The translations under genes and the position numbers were made by a program. From Eledone cirrhosa (Eukaryota), in assembly GCA_964016885.1 (NCBI GenBank), contig OZ024758.1, positions 32,612,001-32,676,000 of the forward strand: a stretch of 64,000 nucleotides of DNA, in the 5' to 3' direction. The notes beneath the pieces were generated by a model. It was not told where the DNA came from. It did no database searches and was given only the letters and a program-made list of their open reading frames with translations. Shown here piece by piece: positions 24,871 to 37,938 of this stretch (its first letter is position 1; the number at the start of each line of letters is the position of its first letter).

Positions 24871-26213
24871 AAAAAACAAAAAGGATCCTTAACTGTTGAT
24901 GGAGTTGTAGAGGTGTTACTGTTTTCTTAAAAGATTGGGGATTTTAAACCCAGCAGAGCTTACTTACTCTGCAGGTTGTAAGAGAGCTGATATCTTCCAA
25001 AGAAAGAAAGGGAGATATAGGAAGAATCAACCTCAGTACTTCACTGGTACTTTATTTATTAACTTTGAAAGAATGAAAGGCAAAGTTAACTTCAGCAGAG
25101 TGTAGTAAGTGGGAACAAATACTGAGGCAGTTTTAAAACTTTAACATTTAAACCAGCTATATCCAACTACAATTCTCTCACCTCTTTCTGTTCAAACCAA
25201 CCATAACCAGCTACTCATACTGATGTTAAGGTATTGCTCTCAAAATAAATAATATCAAAATCTCATATATTCGATATTATGTGAGATAATTATGCGAGGT
25301 AAAGCCTTTACTGTGAAAATACAATAGTATATATAGAGTAATGTAAATGTTATGTGAGGTAAAGCCTTTACTGTGAAAATACAATAGTATATATAGAGTA
25401 ATGTAAATGGTATGTGAGATATTTTGTGAGGTAAAGCCTTTACTGTGAAAATACAATAGTATATATAGAGTAATGTAAATGGTAAAGGGTTAAACAACAA
25501 TTAAATTCATACTTCTAAACAAAAAAAAGCTTTGCAGGAGGTCATAAAAATCTATAAAAATCTATAAAAATGATGGATTAAAATAGAAATATTGAGGCAG
25601 CTTTAATCAAATACCTTCATAAATCTATTGATTTGTCACTTTCATAGCTTAATTACCAAAACTATAATTAGCCATGGCTCATATAGTCACTTTGCAAACA
25701 TGGGATTTTGTCTTTGCAAACTGTGTCTGGGCAACCTAGTCTTCTATAGCCTTAATTGACCAATGTTTTGTGAGTGAAATTCAATCAATGAAAACTATGA
25801 AAGTCTATCGCACATGTGAGAGTTTGTGTGTGTACATCTACTTGTTTATGTCCTATAACAATTAATGAAATACCAGACTTGAAACAATAAGTACTGAGGA
25901 AAATATGATTGACTTAAATTTTTGATGGTGGTGCTCCAGCATGGTCACAAGTCTAATTACTGAAACCAGTTAAAGACTAAAAGCTTCCCTTAACCCTTTA
26001 GTATTTACATTACTCTATATTTACTATTGTATTTTTGTAGTAAAGGCTTTATCTTATATAATTATCCCACATATATCGAATATATATGAGAATTTGATAT
26101 TATTTATTTTGAGAACAATACCTTAACATCATTATGAGTGGCCAGTTACAGCCAGTTTGAACAGAAAGAGGTGAGAGTTTTAGCCGAATACGGCTGGAAA
26201 TGCTAAAGGGTTT

Positions 26214-27535
26214 AGTCAGATTCACAAACCTACAGGAAGCAGGCCTGTATTAGATACGGAACTCTGGATTAACACTATAGACGAGAGAGCCCAAATTCTC
26301 CACTCACACTACGCTAAACCCATGGCCTCCAAATACCTGATACTCAAAAACTCAGCAATGTCCAGTAGTGCTAAGTTTAATATTCTGATCGCAGACTTGG
26401 TACGAGTGATGAAGAACGTGTCCCGCATGTGCGACCCAACAGAAATGGAAAGACACATCCAACACTTCATCAACTGCATGCATTTCTCTGGCTACAATCA
26501 AAGAGAAAGAATCAGAGTATACGAAGGAGCCACAGAGAAGTATAAGACCCTCATAGAACTGGAGATGAAAGGAATTTGTTCATTATAAAGGAACAAATCA
26601 TGGAATAGGACTAAACATAAGATAAGGAAAGCCACCTCATGGTACGACAACCAGAGATACCAGAGTGTCATGTTCGTGGACGCTACCCCTGGAGAGAAAT
26701 TAGCTAACCAGTGTAGAAAGGCCCTGAGAAAGACCCACTTAAAGATTAAGGTGGTAGAAAAGCCAGGAACCACCATAAAATCCTTGATCAGCAAAACATA
26801 CCCTTTTAAGAAAACCCACTGTATTAATAGGAAATCTATTATATGTAAAGTAAACCCCCGGATAAACTGTAAAACTAGAAACATAGTCTTAAGCATAAGA
26901 TGTACAGAGGGTACTTGCAGAAACATGACAACAACATACATAGGTGAGACAGCACATAGCATAGGTGAAAGGATAGACCAACACTGGGGGAAACTAAAAG
27001 GAAGAAAAAATGGTTCAGTACTATACGAACATGCCAGACAACAACACGACGGTAACATAGAGAACATAGAAATTAGAATAATATCTAAACATAGAAATGA
27101 CCCAGCAGATAGGCAAATCAGAGAGACCAGTGAAATAGAACTTAGAAGGCCAAAGATAAACAGAAAAAATGAATGGAATAACAACACCCAAACAAACAAT
27201 ACTGACCTAAGAGAAATATAAATAAATAAATAAATATATACACAAGCACAATAACAACAAACACATACAAACACACACTAGTAAACTAAGATAGAATACA
27301 ATAACCAAAACACAGTCCCCCAAACGCGAACACAGAAACACTATACACACGTGTTTGTATCTATATTATATCTATTTTTGACCGTTGGTCAGTCAATGGT
27401 AAACATTGAGGACCGAATAAATTAAATTAACCGATATAAAAGACACAGAAGCAACAATCAACCAAATAGTGAATGTGTTCTGTTATTAATTCTGGCAATA
27501 TTATTACAACAATATGACCCTCCCCAAGTATAACA

Positions 27536-27540
<5 letters not shown>
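26214..27540 (+). mobile_element. Penelope-like element, 5'-truncated (RT thumb, GIY-YIG endonuclease and pLTR)
   Basis: LDTELW, HYAKPMAS, SGY; then CKTRNIV..I.C...C.....YIGET.......H, H....H, R...E, N.K.EW; one premature TAA at 26586. Confidence 0.88.
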
Positions 27541-27569
<29 letters not shown>

Positions 27570-27940
27570 TATCATCATCCAGTTTTTGATTATGCAGGGC
27601 ACAATCCCTAAGTAGGGGTGGGTGCTGTCTGACAACACTCCTTAGCATCCTGCCCCATGTGTTTCTGTCTGCCGGTCTTACTTAGGCCAGGCCAAGCCTA
27701 GTTTGATCTCAACAGACATCCTCCATTCAAGTCTTTTTTGGTCTTCCTGGGCCTCTACTGTGTCTTGGATCTACATTTATCACTTGCTGATCCACCCCTC
27801 ACTGCGCTAGACATGGCCGTACCAGCTCATGTGTCTTGTGTGAACCACAACCTTGAGGTCATTGATCAACAGTCTTTTCAGGAGCTCAGTTGAACTGACT
27901 TCATCCTCAGTGGTTACAACGCACATCCAGCATGTATGAG
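27570..27940 (-). mobile_element. Old RTE 3' fragment
   Basis: Minus strand W-Y-G-H-V and RGPGRPKKT-like residues; (GAT)n tail. Confidence 0.6.
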
Positions 27941-28029
27941 CATTAGTAACCCTTTTATCTGAAGACTGCCACCCTACTCCTACCCCACTAAGCTATTCAC
28001 TGAGTATTAGCTAATAAATTTAAAGGTAA

Positions 28030-29907
28030 TGAGACCACCCATGACCTGTTGGGCCACGTTCACATAAAAATATTTTTTTAAAAACCATCTTCATTTAAAA
28101 ATATTTTTTAATAATTAAAATATACAGACATTTATGTATATATATATATATATAAAGCTGATGGACCAGGTCATGAAAGTAACAGAAAGAGTTATAGCAC
28201 AGTTAATTAGGGACTGGGTGAAACTAGATGAGATGCAGTTTGGGTTTGTAGCAGGAAGAGGCACCACTGATGCCCTCTTCCTTGTGAGGCAGTTACAGGA
28301 AAAGTACCTAGCTAAAAGCAAGCCACTCTACCTGGCATTCGTCGATCTCGAGAAAGCCTTTGACAGAGTACCACGTGCTATAATCTGGTGGGCTCTTAGA
28401 AAACTAGGAGTAGATGAATGGCTTGTGAAAGCTGTACAAGCCATGTATAGGGGAGCAGTCAGCAAAGTTAGGATTAGCAATGAGTATAGCGAGGAATTTA
28501 GCATACAGGTTGGTGTCCTCCAGGGCTCTGTTCTTAGCCCCCTCCTGTTCATCATAGTCCTGCAGGCAATAACGGAGGAGTTTAAGATGGATGCCCATGG
28601 GAACTCCTGTATGCTGATGACCTCGCACTTATAGCTGAATCTATGGTAGAAGTAGAGAAAAAATTCCAAACTTGGAAGCAGGGACTAGAAAGAAAGGGTC
28701 TCAAAGTCAACCTGACAAAGACTAAGGTCCTTGTAAGTAGACTAGAAAACAGAACCCAAATCCCCTCAGGGAAATGGCCTTGCTCAGTATGTAGGAAAGG
28801 TGTAGGTAGGAACTCCATTCTCTGCCCCAAATGCAAACAATGGGTACACAAGAGATGTAGCGGGATCTTAGGAAGCTTAATTAAGAATGTAGGCTTCACA
28901 TGTAGCAGCCGTGCTGGGACAGCGAGCAGCAAATAGCCACAGGAAACAAGTACCACCAAACTCTGGGAGGGCTCTGTAGAAACAGTAGACAGCTTCTGCT
29001 ACCTAGGTGACCGAATTAGCAGTGGAGGTGGGTGTTCAGAAAGTACAATAACTAGGGTAAGAACGGGATGGGAGAAGTTCAGGGAACTACTGCCACTGCT
29101 AGCTGCAAAAGGCTTTTCCTTCAAAATGAAAGGCAGACTGTATGATGTGTGTATCCGAACAGCAATGTTACATGGTAGTAAGACCTGGGCGCTGAAGGTG
29201 GAAGACTTATGTAGATTAGAAAGAAACAAAGCCTGCATGCTCCGATGGATGTGTAACAGTAATATACGCGAACAGCAAAGCATAAATGAATTGAGAGAGA
29301 GACTGAGCATAAGAGGAATCAAATGCTGTGTGCAGGAGAGGCGGATGCGTTGGTATGGACATGTGATGCGTATGAAGGATGACAGCTGCATAAAAAGGTG
29401 CATAGCACTAGAAGTCGATGGAAACCGCAGAGTGGGGAGACCCAAGAAGACCTGGGATGAGGTGATAAAAGCCGACCTTACCCAATTACACCTCTCAAAG
29501 GCGATGACACACAACCGTGACTTCTGGCGTCACGCAGTAATACAGAGTACCCGACCTCCCATGGGTACAAGCTAAAGCATATAGACAATATGCCCCCACA
29601 CCCTCCCACTGCAAGGTGGACGTGTAGGCGCCACGGAAAAAAGCACCCAGCACTCACTGTAAATGAGGTTGGTGTTAGGAAGGGCATCCAGCTGTAGAAA
29701 TCAAGCCAAAATCAGTTCCTGTATGAGCAAGGCATGGTCAGCCGACCAGACACTGCCCACAACAGGACAACCCATCTAACCCATGCTAGTGTGGAAGAAT
29801 GGACGTAAAACGGTGATGATGATGATGATGATGATATATATATATATACACACGCGATTCATTCAACAACAGTTCTCTCTCTCTCTTCCATTTTTCTTCT
29901 CTGTCTC

Positions 29908-29953
<46 letters not shown>

Positions 29954-30199
29954 CTTTCAATCTACTCTCTCACAACCACTATCGCTTTATCTTTCTCTCT
30001 CTCTCTCTATTTATTAAGGCAGCCAGAAAAACCCCGTATCCTGGGAACCTATGCTCTGATTTATGTGAAACTTGTTTTATTCCTTTTTTATTCCATTTCC
30101 AGGGCAACTTCCCTTCAAAGTATTTTCACATTAGGCACCGTTTTGGCTGTATTAAATTACAGATGAGCCCACAATCACAGATTTTTAGCGGTATATAGA
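28030..30199 (-). mobile_element. Helitron-like family B copy split by an RTE insertion
   Basis: 30010-30199 matches the 5' half and 28030-28135 the 3' half of 14715-15182 (reverse complement). Confidence 0.7.
28155..29835 (+). mobile_element. RTE LINE, 5'-truncated and frameshifted
   Basis: ORFs 28134-28634, 28643-28936 and 29126-29575 with RT motifs, PHD-like insert and C-terminal domain; 3'UTR and (GAT)n tail; flanked by (TA)n. Confidence 0.95.
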
Positions 30200-31619
30200 T
30201 AACACTGATGTCTGCACAAATATTAAAAACAATATATTTCAGTTAATATAAAATAACATTTAAGCAATATATATATAACAGCGAATTACATGTAACAGGA
30301 ATGTGAAGAAATAATTAGACTGTTATCATTAAAAAAATGTTAAAATTCAGGATGATTTTGGGGGGTAATATTCTCAGTAAATCTGCATTTGATATTAATA
30401 AAGCCTTTAGGAATTACAAGATATTTAAGTCTCTAAGAACAAACATTATTCCGACAAGATATATCTGGAATTAATAATCACTTGGATGCAATATATTTCC
30501 TTTGGTTATGCTACACTACATCTGCTAATATTGACAGCACCCTCTCAAACTTTCACCTAATCAACATTGGTGCCTACCAATGATATCCCTTATTTATTTT
30601 CTTTGTTCCAACCAATAACTAGATGTCAATTAGCCCATGCCTCCAAGGCAGGTGACAAAAATTTACTCCACTTCCTTGATGTTAAACATTGCACCCATCT
30701 TTACACTATTATCATTTCTCCCTTCAAACTTCACACTGAACCTTAATGTAATTTTTCATTTTGAAAACCACCAGTCTTTTCTATCTTCTAAGGCATTCCT
30801 AACCCTAAATGTTTTAATCATTAACCCTTTAGCATTTAAACCAGCCGTATCTGGCCAGAATTCTCGCACCTTTTTCTGTTCAAACTGGCTGTAACTGGCC
30901 ACTCATACTGATCTTAAGGTATTGTTCTCAATATAAATAACATAAAAATTTTGTAGATTTGATATTATTAGAGATAATTATTGTTTCTACTTTTGGCACA
31001 AGGCCAGCAATTATCCCAGTTCATTACTGGTGCTTTATTTTATGATCCCGTAAGCATGAAAGGCAAAGTTAACCCTGGTGGGATTTGAACTCAGACCGTA
31101 AAGCATAGCATCTGGGTCTTTACTGTGAAAATATAATAGTATATATAGAGTAATTCATTAATGTAATGGCTAAAGGGTTAAGCATATCAACCTAACTCAC
31201 ACTTCTATTTCTTTGCCTGGAAGATAACCTAGATGGGATTTGAGCTCAGAACATAAAGGGCCATAACTCTGTGCTGCAAAGCAAGGTGACCAATGCTTTA
31301 CTGATACTGCCAATCCACTGCCCTTATTATTAGATAATAGAAGTCTATGATTCATATTTTCTAAATTTTATACTGGTGTAAACAAGCAGAATAATTATTT
31401 CATTATTAAGATAGTAATTGTAATATAATTTAGCAAAATGCTCTTAAATCAAACTATGTGGGAAGAAATTAGTTTAAATATAAGATGGTTTTGTTTTATA
31501 GAACCAGAACCAGTTTTAGGTAGGTTCATATCAAAAGAGTTAAAAAGGCAAAATGAAATAACTTGAACTCAATAAGTACTTTCTAATAACTGAAAAAGTT
31601 TTGTCAGCAAATTTTTTAT

Positions 31620-32478
31620 AATAATAATGAAAATATTGTGTACAGTGCTCAGGTGCACTACAACTCATCAAACGTGTATGTATAGTACATAGGGTAATGT
31701 ACAAACGTCAGGAAAATGAACAGTGCATGAGTCATGATATACACATATGTGCATGTGTATGGGAGGGGGACATCAGGTGTAGTTTTGGCGAATTTCGGGA
31801 AGCATGAGGGTTTTAAAGGATGCAGTGTCTCGGCAGCTAACAACTGATGCAGGCAGTTTGTTCCATGGAGGTTTTAAAGGATGCAGTGTCTCGGCAGCTA
31901 ACAAATGATGCAGGTAGTTTGTTCCATGGAGGTTTTAAAGGATGCAGTGTCTTGGCAGCTAACAACCGATGCAGGCAGTTTGTTCCATGGAGGTTTTAAA
32001 GGATGCAGTGTCCCGACAGCTAACAACTGACATTGGTAGTTTGTTCCATGGAGGTTTTAAAGGATGCAGTGTCTCAACAGCTAACAACTGATGCAGGCAG
32101 TTTGTTCCATGCTTCAGCAACTCTAAGCATGAAAAAATGTTTCCGAAAGTCATGGGAACTGTGCTGTTTTCTGACTTTGTAGGCATGTCCACGTGTGTTA
32201 AACACATGGAGATCAAAAAGGTGCTCAGGGTTGTTGTTGGCGAGATGGTTAATAATTTTGTGGGCGTTTACCAAGTCCATTGCCAGACGTCGGAGCTTCA
32301 ATGAATCCATGCCCAGGGAAGCAAGGCGTTCAGAGTATGGTAGGTGTCTGATGGAGGGTATGTGCATGGTTGCACGTCTCTGAACAGTTTCCAGGAGGTC
32401 AATGTTCTAAGCAAGATAGGGGTTCCAGACTGGTGATGCGAATTCCAAGTGTGGTCATACCATAGCTGTATACAGCTT
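31620..32478 (-). mobile_element. CR1 3' fragment with an internal 5x 61-bp expansion
   Basis: IPSIRHLPYSERL..LG..SL..RR, TRGH..K, F..RV...WNKLP; homologous to 10904-11480. Confidence 0.9.
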
Positions 32479-35384
32479 ATAAACAAGATTAACACAAAAT
32501 ATATTTTATTAATTAACCATAAGTGGTGGATTGGCAGTATCGGTAGAGGGTCGGACGCCATGCTTTGACGTATAGAGTTATGGCCCTTGCCAGTCTGAGT
32601 TCAAATCCCGCCGAGGTTAATTTTGCCTTTCATCCTTACGGGGTCGATAAAATAAAGTACCAGTAATGCACTGAGTAATTGCTGGCCTTGTGCCAAAAGT
32701 AGAAACAATTAATTGACCATAAGTGAATACAGGTTTTTATATGTTTGTAGAGTGGAAAATGGTAATAAAAATAAAAAAGGTAGTGAAAACCCTTTAGCAT
32801 TTAAACCGGCTGTATCCAGCCAGAATTCTTTCACCTCTTTCTGTTTAAACCAGTCATACCTGGCTGCTCATACTGATGTTAAAGTATTGTCCTCAAAATA
32901 AATAATATCAAAATCTCATAGATTCGATATCATGTGAGATAATTATGTGTTTACCATGAAAATATAATAGTAAATATAGAGTAATGTATTCTTATACCAC
33001 TACCAACCAAAGCTGGAAGCTTCATACATTACTCTATATTTACTATTATATTTTCACGGTAAACACTTTGTTTCACATAATTATCTCACATGATATCGAA
33101 TGTAAGAGAACAACGACTAGCTTTGCAGATCTTAATGGCGTTCTTTTTGAGAAAATCTTTTACGGCTTGATGCTCTACCTGGTGCCAACCTTTTTAGTCA
33201 CTTTGTATAACACACATAGGTTCATTGAGTCTATTCTAAACTAAATACACATGACAAGATAATAAGTAATATACCATATATACTCAAATATAAACCGAGT
33301 ATGTAACCCAAAAAAATCAATGGTAAAATGGAGGAGGTGGAGTTCAGCTTATATTTGCCATCTAAACATAATGTGTTGATTAGCTACCTTGGCTTATAAA
33401 CTAAGTGGATTTTTTGCCCATTTCTCAGACTTAAATAGGGAGGGGGGCATCAGCCTATATTGAGATTGGCTGATATTTGAGTATATATGGTATATAAACG
33501 CCAGTACTTGATGGAAACTTTATTTTATCGACTCCAGAAGCATGAAAGGGAAAGTTGACCTCAGTGGGATTTGAACTCAGAACATAACATGTTGTAACTA
33601 AATTCTGTTGAACATTTTGTTGGATGCTGTAACGATTCTGCTAATCTACCACCAACTAAATAATGGTGTCTTGGCAGCTAACAACCGATGCAGGCAGTTT
33701 GTTCCATGGAGGTTTTAAAGGATGCAGTGTCCCGACAGCTAACAACTGACATTGGTAGTTTGTTCCATGGAGGTTTTAAAGGATGCAGTGTCTCAACAGC
33801 TAACAACTGATGCAGGCAGTTTGTTCCATGCTTCAGCAACTCTAAGCATGAAAAAATGTTTCCGAAAGTCATGGGAACTGTGCTGTTTTCTGACTTTGTA
33901 GGCATGTCCACGTGTGTTAAACACATGGAGATCAAAAAGGTGCTCAGGGTTGTTGTTGGCGAGATGGTTAATAATTTTGTGGGCGTTTACCAAGTCCATT
34001 GCCAGACGTCGGAGCTTCAATGAATCCATGCCCAGGGAAGCAAGGCGTTCAGAGTATGGTAGGTGTCTGATGGAGGGTATGTGCATGGTTGCACGTCTCT
34101 GAACAGTTTCCAGGAGGTCAATGTTCTAAGCAAGATAGGGGTTCCAGACTGGTGATGCGAATTCCAAGTGTGGTCATACCATAGCTGTATACAGCTTATA
34201 AACAAGATTAACACAAAATATATTTTATTAATTAACCATAAGTGGTGGATTGGCAGTATCGGTAGAGGGTCGGACGCCATGCTTTGACGTATAGAGTTAT
34301 GGCCCTTGCCAGTCTGAGTTCAAATCCCGCCGAGGTTAATTTTGCCTTTCATCCTTACGGGGTCGATAAAATAAAGTACCAGTAATGCACTGAGTAATTG
34401 CTGGCCTTGTGCCAAAAGTAGAAACAATTAATTGACCATAAGTGAATACAGGTTTTTATATGTTTGTAGAGTGGAAAATGGTAATAAAAATAAAAAAGGT
34501 AGTGAAAACCCTTTAGCATTTAAACCGGCTGTATCCAGCCAGAATTCTTTCACCTCTTTCTGTTTAAACCAGTCATACCTGGCTGCTCATACTGATGTTA
34601 AAGTATTGTCCTCAAAATAAATAATATCAAAATCTCATAGATTCGATATCATGTGAGATAATTATGTGTTTACCATGAAAATATAATAGTAAATATAGAG
34701 TAATGTATTCTTATACCACTACCAACCAAAGCTGGAAGCTTCATACATTACTCTATATTTACTATTATATTTTCACGGTAAACACTTTGTTTCACATAAT
34801 TATCTCACATGATATCGAATGTAAGAGAACAACGACTAGCTTTGCAGATCTTAATGGCGTTCTTTTTGAGAAAATCTTTTACGGCTTGATGCTCTACCTG
34901 GTGCCAACCTTTTTAGTCACTTTGTATAACACACATAGGTTCATTGAGTCTATTCTAAACTAAATACACATGACAAGATAATAAGTAATATACCATATAT
35001 ACTCAAATATAAACCGAGTATGTAACCCAAAAAAATCAATGGTAAAATGGAGGAGGTGGAGTTCAGCTTATATTTGCCATCTAAACATAATGTGTTGATT
35101 AGCTACCTTGGCTTATAAACTAAGTGGATTTTTTGCCCATTTCTCAGACTTAAATAGGGAGGGGGGCATCAGCCTATATTGAGATTGGCTGATATTTGAG
35201 TATATATGGTATATAAACGCCAGTACTTGATGGAAACTTTATTTTATCGACTCCAGAAGCATGAAAGGGAAAGTTGACCTCAGTGGGATTTGAACTCAGA
35301 ACATAACATGTTGTAACTAAATTCTGTTGAACATTTTGTTGGATGCTGTAACGATTCTGCTAATCTACCACCAACTAAATAATG
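31947..35384 (+). repeat. 1719-bp direct tandem duplication (31947-33665 and 33666-35384)
   Basis: Six ORF pairs are identical at an offset of 1719; junction aatg|gtgtcttggcag with 2-bp gt microhomology. Confidence 0.95.
33274..33490. mobile_element. Tc1/mariner-superfamily MITE; copies 34993-35209 and 37386-37568
   Basis: TA|ccatatatactcaaatat ... atatttgagtatatatgg|TA terminal inverted repeats. Confidence 0.75.
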
Positions 35385-35825
35385 GTTTCTAATTTAGGCA
35401 CAAGGCCAGCAATTTGGGGGGTAGGGGAAAGTTGATTAAATCGACTCCAGTACATTACTGGCACTTTATTTTTTTAACCCCTTTTTCAACCCCTTTCAAG
35501 ATGAAAGGCAAAACTAACCACCTTGACAAGACTTGAACTCAGAACATAAAGGGACATAACCATATACCACAAAGGATATTGTCCAATACTGATTCTGCCA
35601 ATTTACCACCCTCCAACTAAATAACGGTTTCTGATTTAAACACAAGGCCAACAGTTGTCAATTAAATCAACCCCAGTGCGTTACTGCTACTTTATTTTAT
35701 CAACCTCATAAAGATGAAAGGCAAAGTAAACCTTGGCAGAATTTGAACTCGGAACGTAAATGGTCATAACTCAATGTGACAAAGCATGTTGTCTAATGCT
35801 TTACTGCCAATCTACTGCCCTCCAA
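35220..35825 (-). mobile_element. Three head-to-tail tRNA-derived SINEs
   Basis: Three reverse-complement SINE units, each followed by ccaactaaataa. Confidence 0.8.
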
Positions 35826-35899
35826 CTAAATAATAATAAAAGTTATTGATGGAAATAATTGGGGAAGCCAAGTGTTTGTGATGCAGTCTTGGTTATAAT

Positions 35900-36420
35900 A
35901 GTGATGTGCAGTTACTACAAAGTAAAGAGGTTCTGAGGTCTAGAGCTTGTATCGACTTTGAAATTATAATCATCAGAAATGTTGTGCAAAAGTAGAGAAG
36001 GTTTAGTGTTATGGTGCAGATGTTTTTAATATATATATTTGTAGTTATTGTATTTTGGTGACGCTGAAAAAGATGAAATTGCCATGTTCCATTGGAAGTA
36101 TATTTAAGGTCTCTTTTCATAGAAATGTTACATGTCTTGACGAAGGGATCAAAATTATGTGTGGGTGATCCTTGTATGCAAGGGAAAAGTGAAATAACTT
36201 CATATTGTTAAAAGTGACAACGAGTTCATTTAATGTACAAAAGGAAATGTGTAGAAGACATAACTGAACCCGGAGACCATATTTGATAGAATGTTGGATA
36301 TAGACTCCTGTTAATGCAGATTTTGATGGAGGAAAATTTGAAAGGAAACCTACATAAGATGAGAAACAGATAGAGGCCATAAATGGACAACTCTGTTTAT
36401 TATGCATTTTTGTCAGATAT
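35900..36420 (-). pseudogene. Possible very old Penelope RT remnant
   Basis: DLKYT...TITTNIYIK...LLYF...KSI resembles the PLE RT LKFT/T.VY.K/YL.F.S motifs; weak. Confidence 0.3.
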
Positions 36421-36699
36421 GGTTAAAGGCTTTAGAGATGTCAAAGGTTAGAATTTTGTGTCTTCTAAAGATAACTAATGTGTAACACAGGAAGGAAGAT
36501 ATTCAATACTGATACTTGCTGAAAGTGGATTAATCTCAATACCAAAGCAAATTGGCAGATTCACTATGTGGATGTTGTCTTGCTAATTTTGCTGAAAGAT
36601 GTTCTATAGAAATGAATACTAAATTCGAATCCCTAAGTAAAACATCTCATTTGATGCTCCAACAATTCTGCCAGCCTACCGCCACAGAACGGTACTTTA

Positions 36700-36895
36700 T
36701 GAGAGTAGGCTGAAAAGTTCATAAGCTGACTAAGAAGGAGTGATGCTAGGGCTGTGAAATCTTGCATGCATTAATTTCAACTCCTTTTTGTTATTTCCAT
36801 TGTTTATTTCCAGGGATTATGTTGAAAAATAAACTTCATTTGGTCATTCAATGAGAGTATCTTAGTCAGCCTCTGAACATTTCAGCCAACCTTCA
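36700..36895. mobile_element. Mariner-type MITE; best copy 55204-55398, partial ~15720-15785
   Basis: TA|cgagggtgggctgaaaagttcataggctgac ... gtcagcctataaacctttcagttgaccctcg|TA in the 55-kb copy, degenerate equivalents here. Confidence 0.8.
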
Positions 36896-36918
36896 TATTT
36901 TATTGATCCTGAAATAAT

Positions 36919-37103
36919 TGTTTCTACTTTTGGCACAAGGCCAGCAATTACCCAGTACATTACTGGTACTTTATTTTATCGACCACTGTATAGATGAAAG
37001 GCAAAGTTAACCTCGGCGGGATTTGAACTCAGATCGTAAAGGGACGTAACTATGCTGGAAAGCATATCCGACCCTCTACCGATACTGCCAATTCACCGCC
37101 CTC
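36919..37103 (-). mobile_element. Young tRNA-derived SINE with 18-bp TSD
   Basis: TSD tattgatcctgaaataat at 36901-36918 and 37104-37121. Confidence 0.92.
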
Positions 37104-37748
37104 TATTGATCCTGAAATAATGAAAGGCAAAGTTGACCTTGGTAGGATTTGAACTCAAGAGTGCAGAGAGCCAGAACAAATAAGATATTCAGTTCGATAC
37201 TTTAATGATTCTGCTAGTTCCTTGCCATTATAAATAAAAGAGGAAAACTTAGTAACAGAACATTAACCCTTTCATGACCATATTTCTAAGGAAATATACA
37301 CTATTTCAATTAATTTATGAAGAATAAAGAGAGATTTACAAAAGCTAGTAACTATTTCATTATCAACAAAGTAACTTAACATATACCATATATACTCAAA
37401 TATAATCAGACCCCATATGTTAAGCTGATCACAGTATTTTATGTTTGAAAATCCAAACCTTATTTATGTAGAATTTAAAGTTGGTGAAAATCATCAAAAT
37501 ATAAGTCTACCCCTTCTACAACGAGTTTTTGGTCACATATTCCTCAGCTTATATTCGAGCATATATGGTAGTTCTGATATAAAATTATGTTGGAAATTTT
37601 TAATTTAGTTAGAAACACTTTAAAATGGGTGGTTTTGTTTCAGAGAAGTAAAGTCGGTTTTAGGCAGGCTGGTATCAAAATAGCCAAGACTTTATAAGAG
37701 CTGAAGTTCTGTTCAATTAATTATCTATGTATGTAGGTCAATAATAAT

Positions 37749-37938
37749 GATTTCTACTTTTGGCACAAGGCCAGCAATTAACCCAGTGCATTATTAATAC
37801 TTTATTTTATTGACCCGGTAAGGATGAAAGGCCAAAGTTAACCTTGGTTGGATTTGAACTCATACTGCAAGGAGGCGTAACTCGATGCTGCAAACCACGG
37901 CGTCTGACCTTCTACTGATACTGCCAATCCACCGCCTT
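37749..37938 (-). mobile_element. tRNA-derived SINE with 17-bp TSD
   Basis: TSD tgtaggtcaataataat at 37732-37748 and 37939-37955. Confidence 0.92.

Noticed and set aside
26580-26600. Selenocysteine recoding in the Penelope ORF (reported for some Naiad PLEs)
   Set aside because: The interrupting stop is TAA at a Tyr position (the other copy has YRSK), and I see no in-frame TGA at Cys positions in either copy.
26498-27274. 258-aa hydrophobic ORF on the minus strand
   Set aside because: Antisense shadow of the A-rich Penelope ORF.
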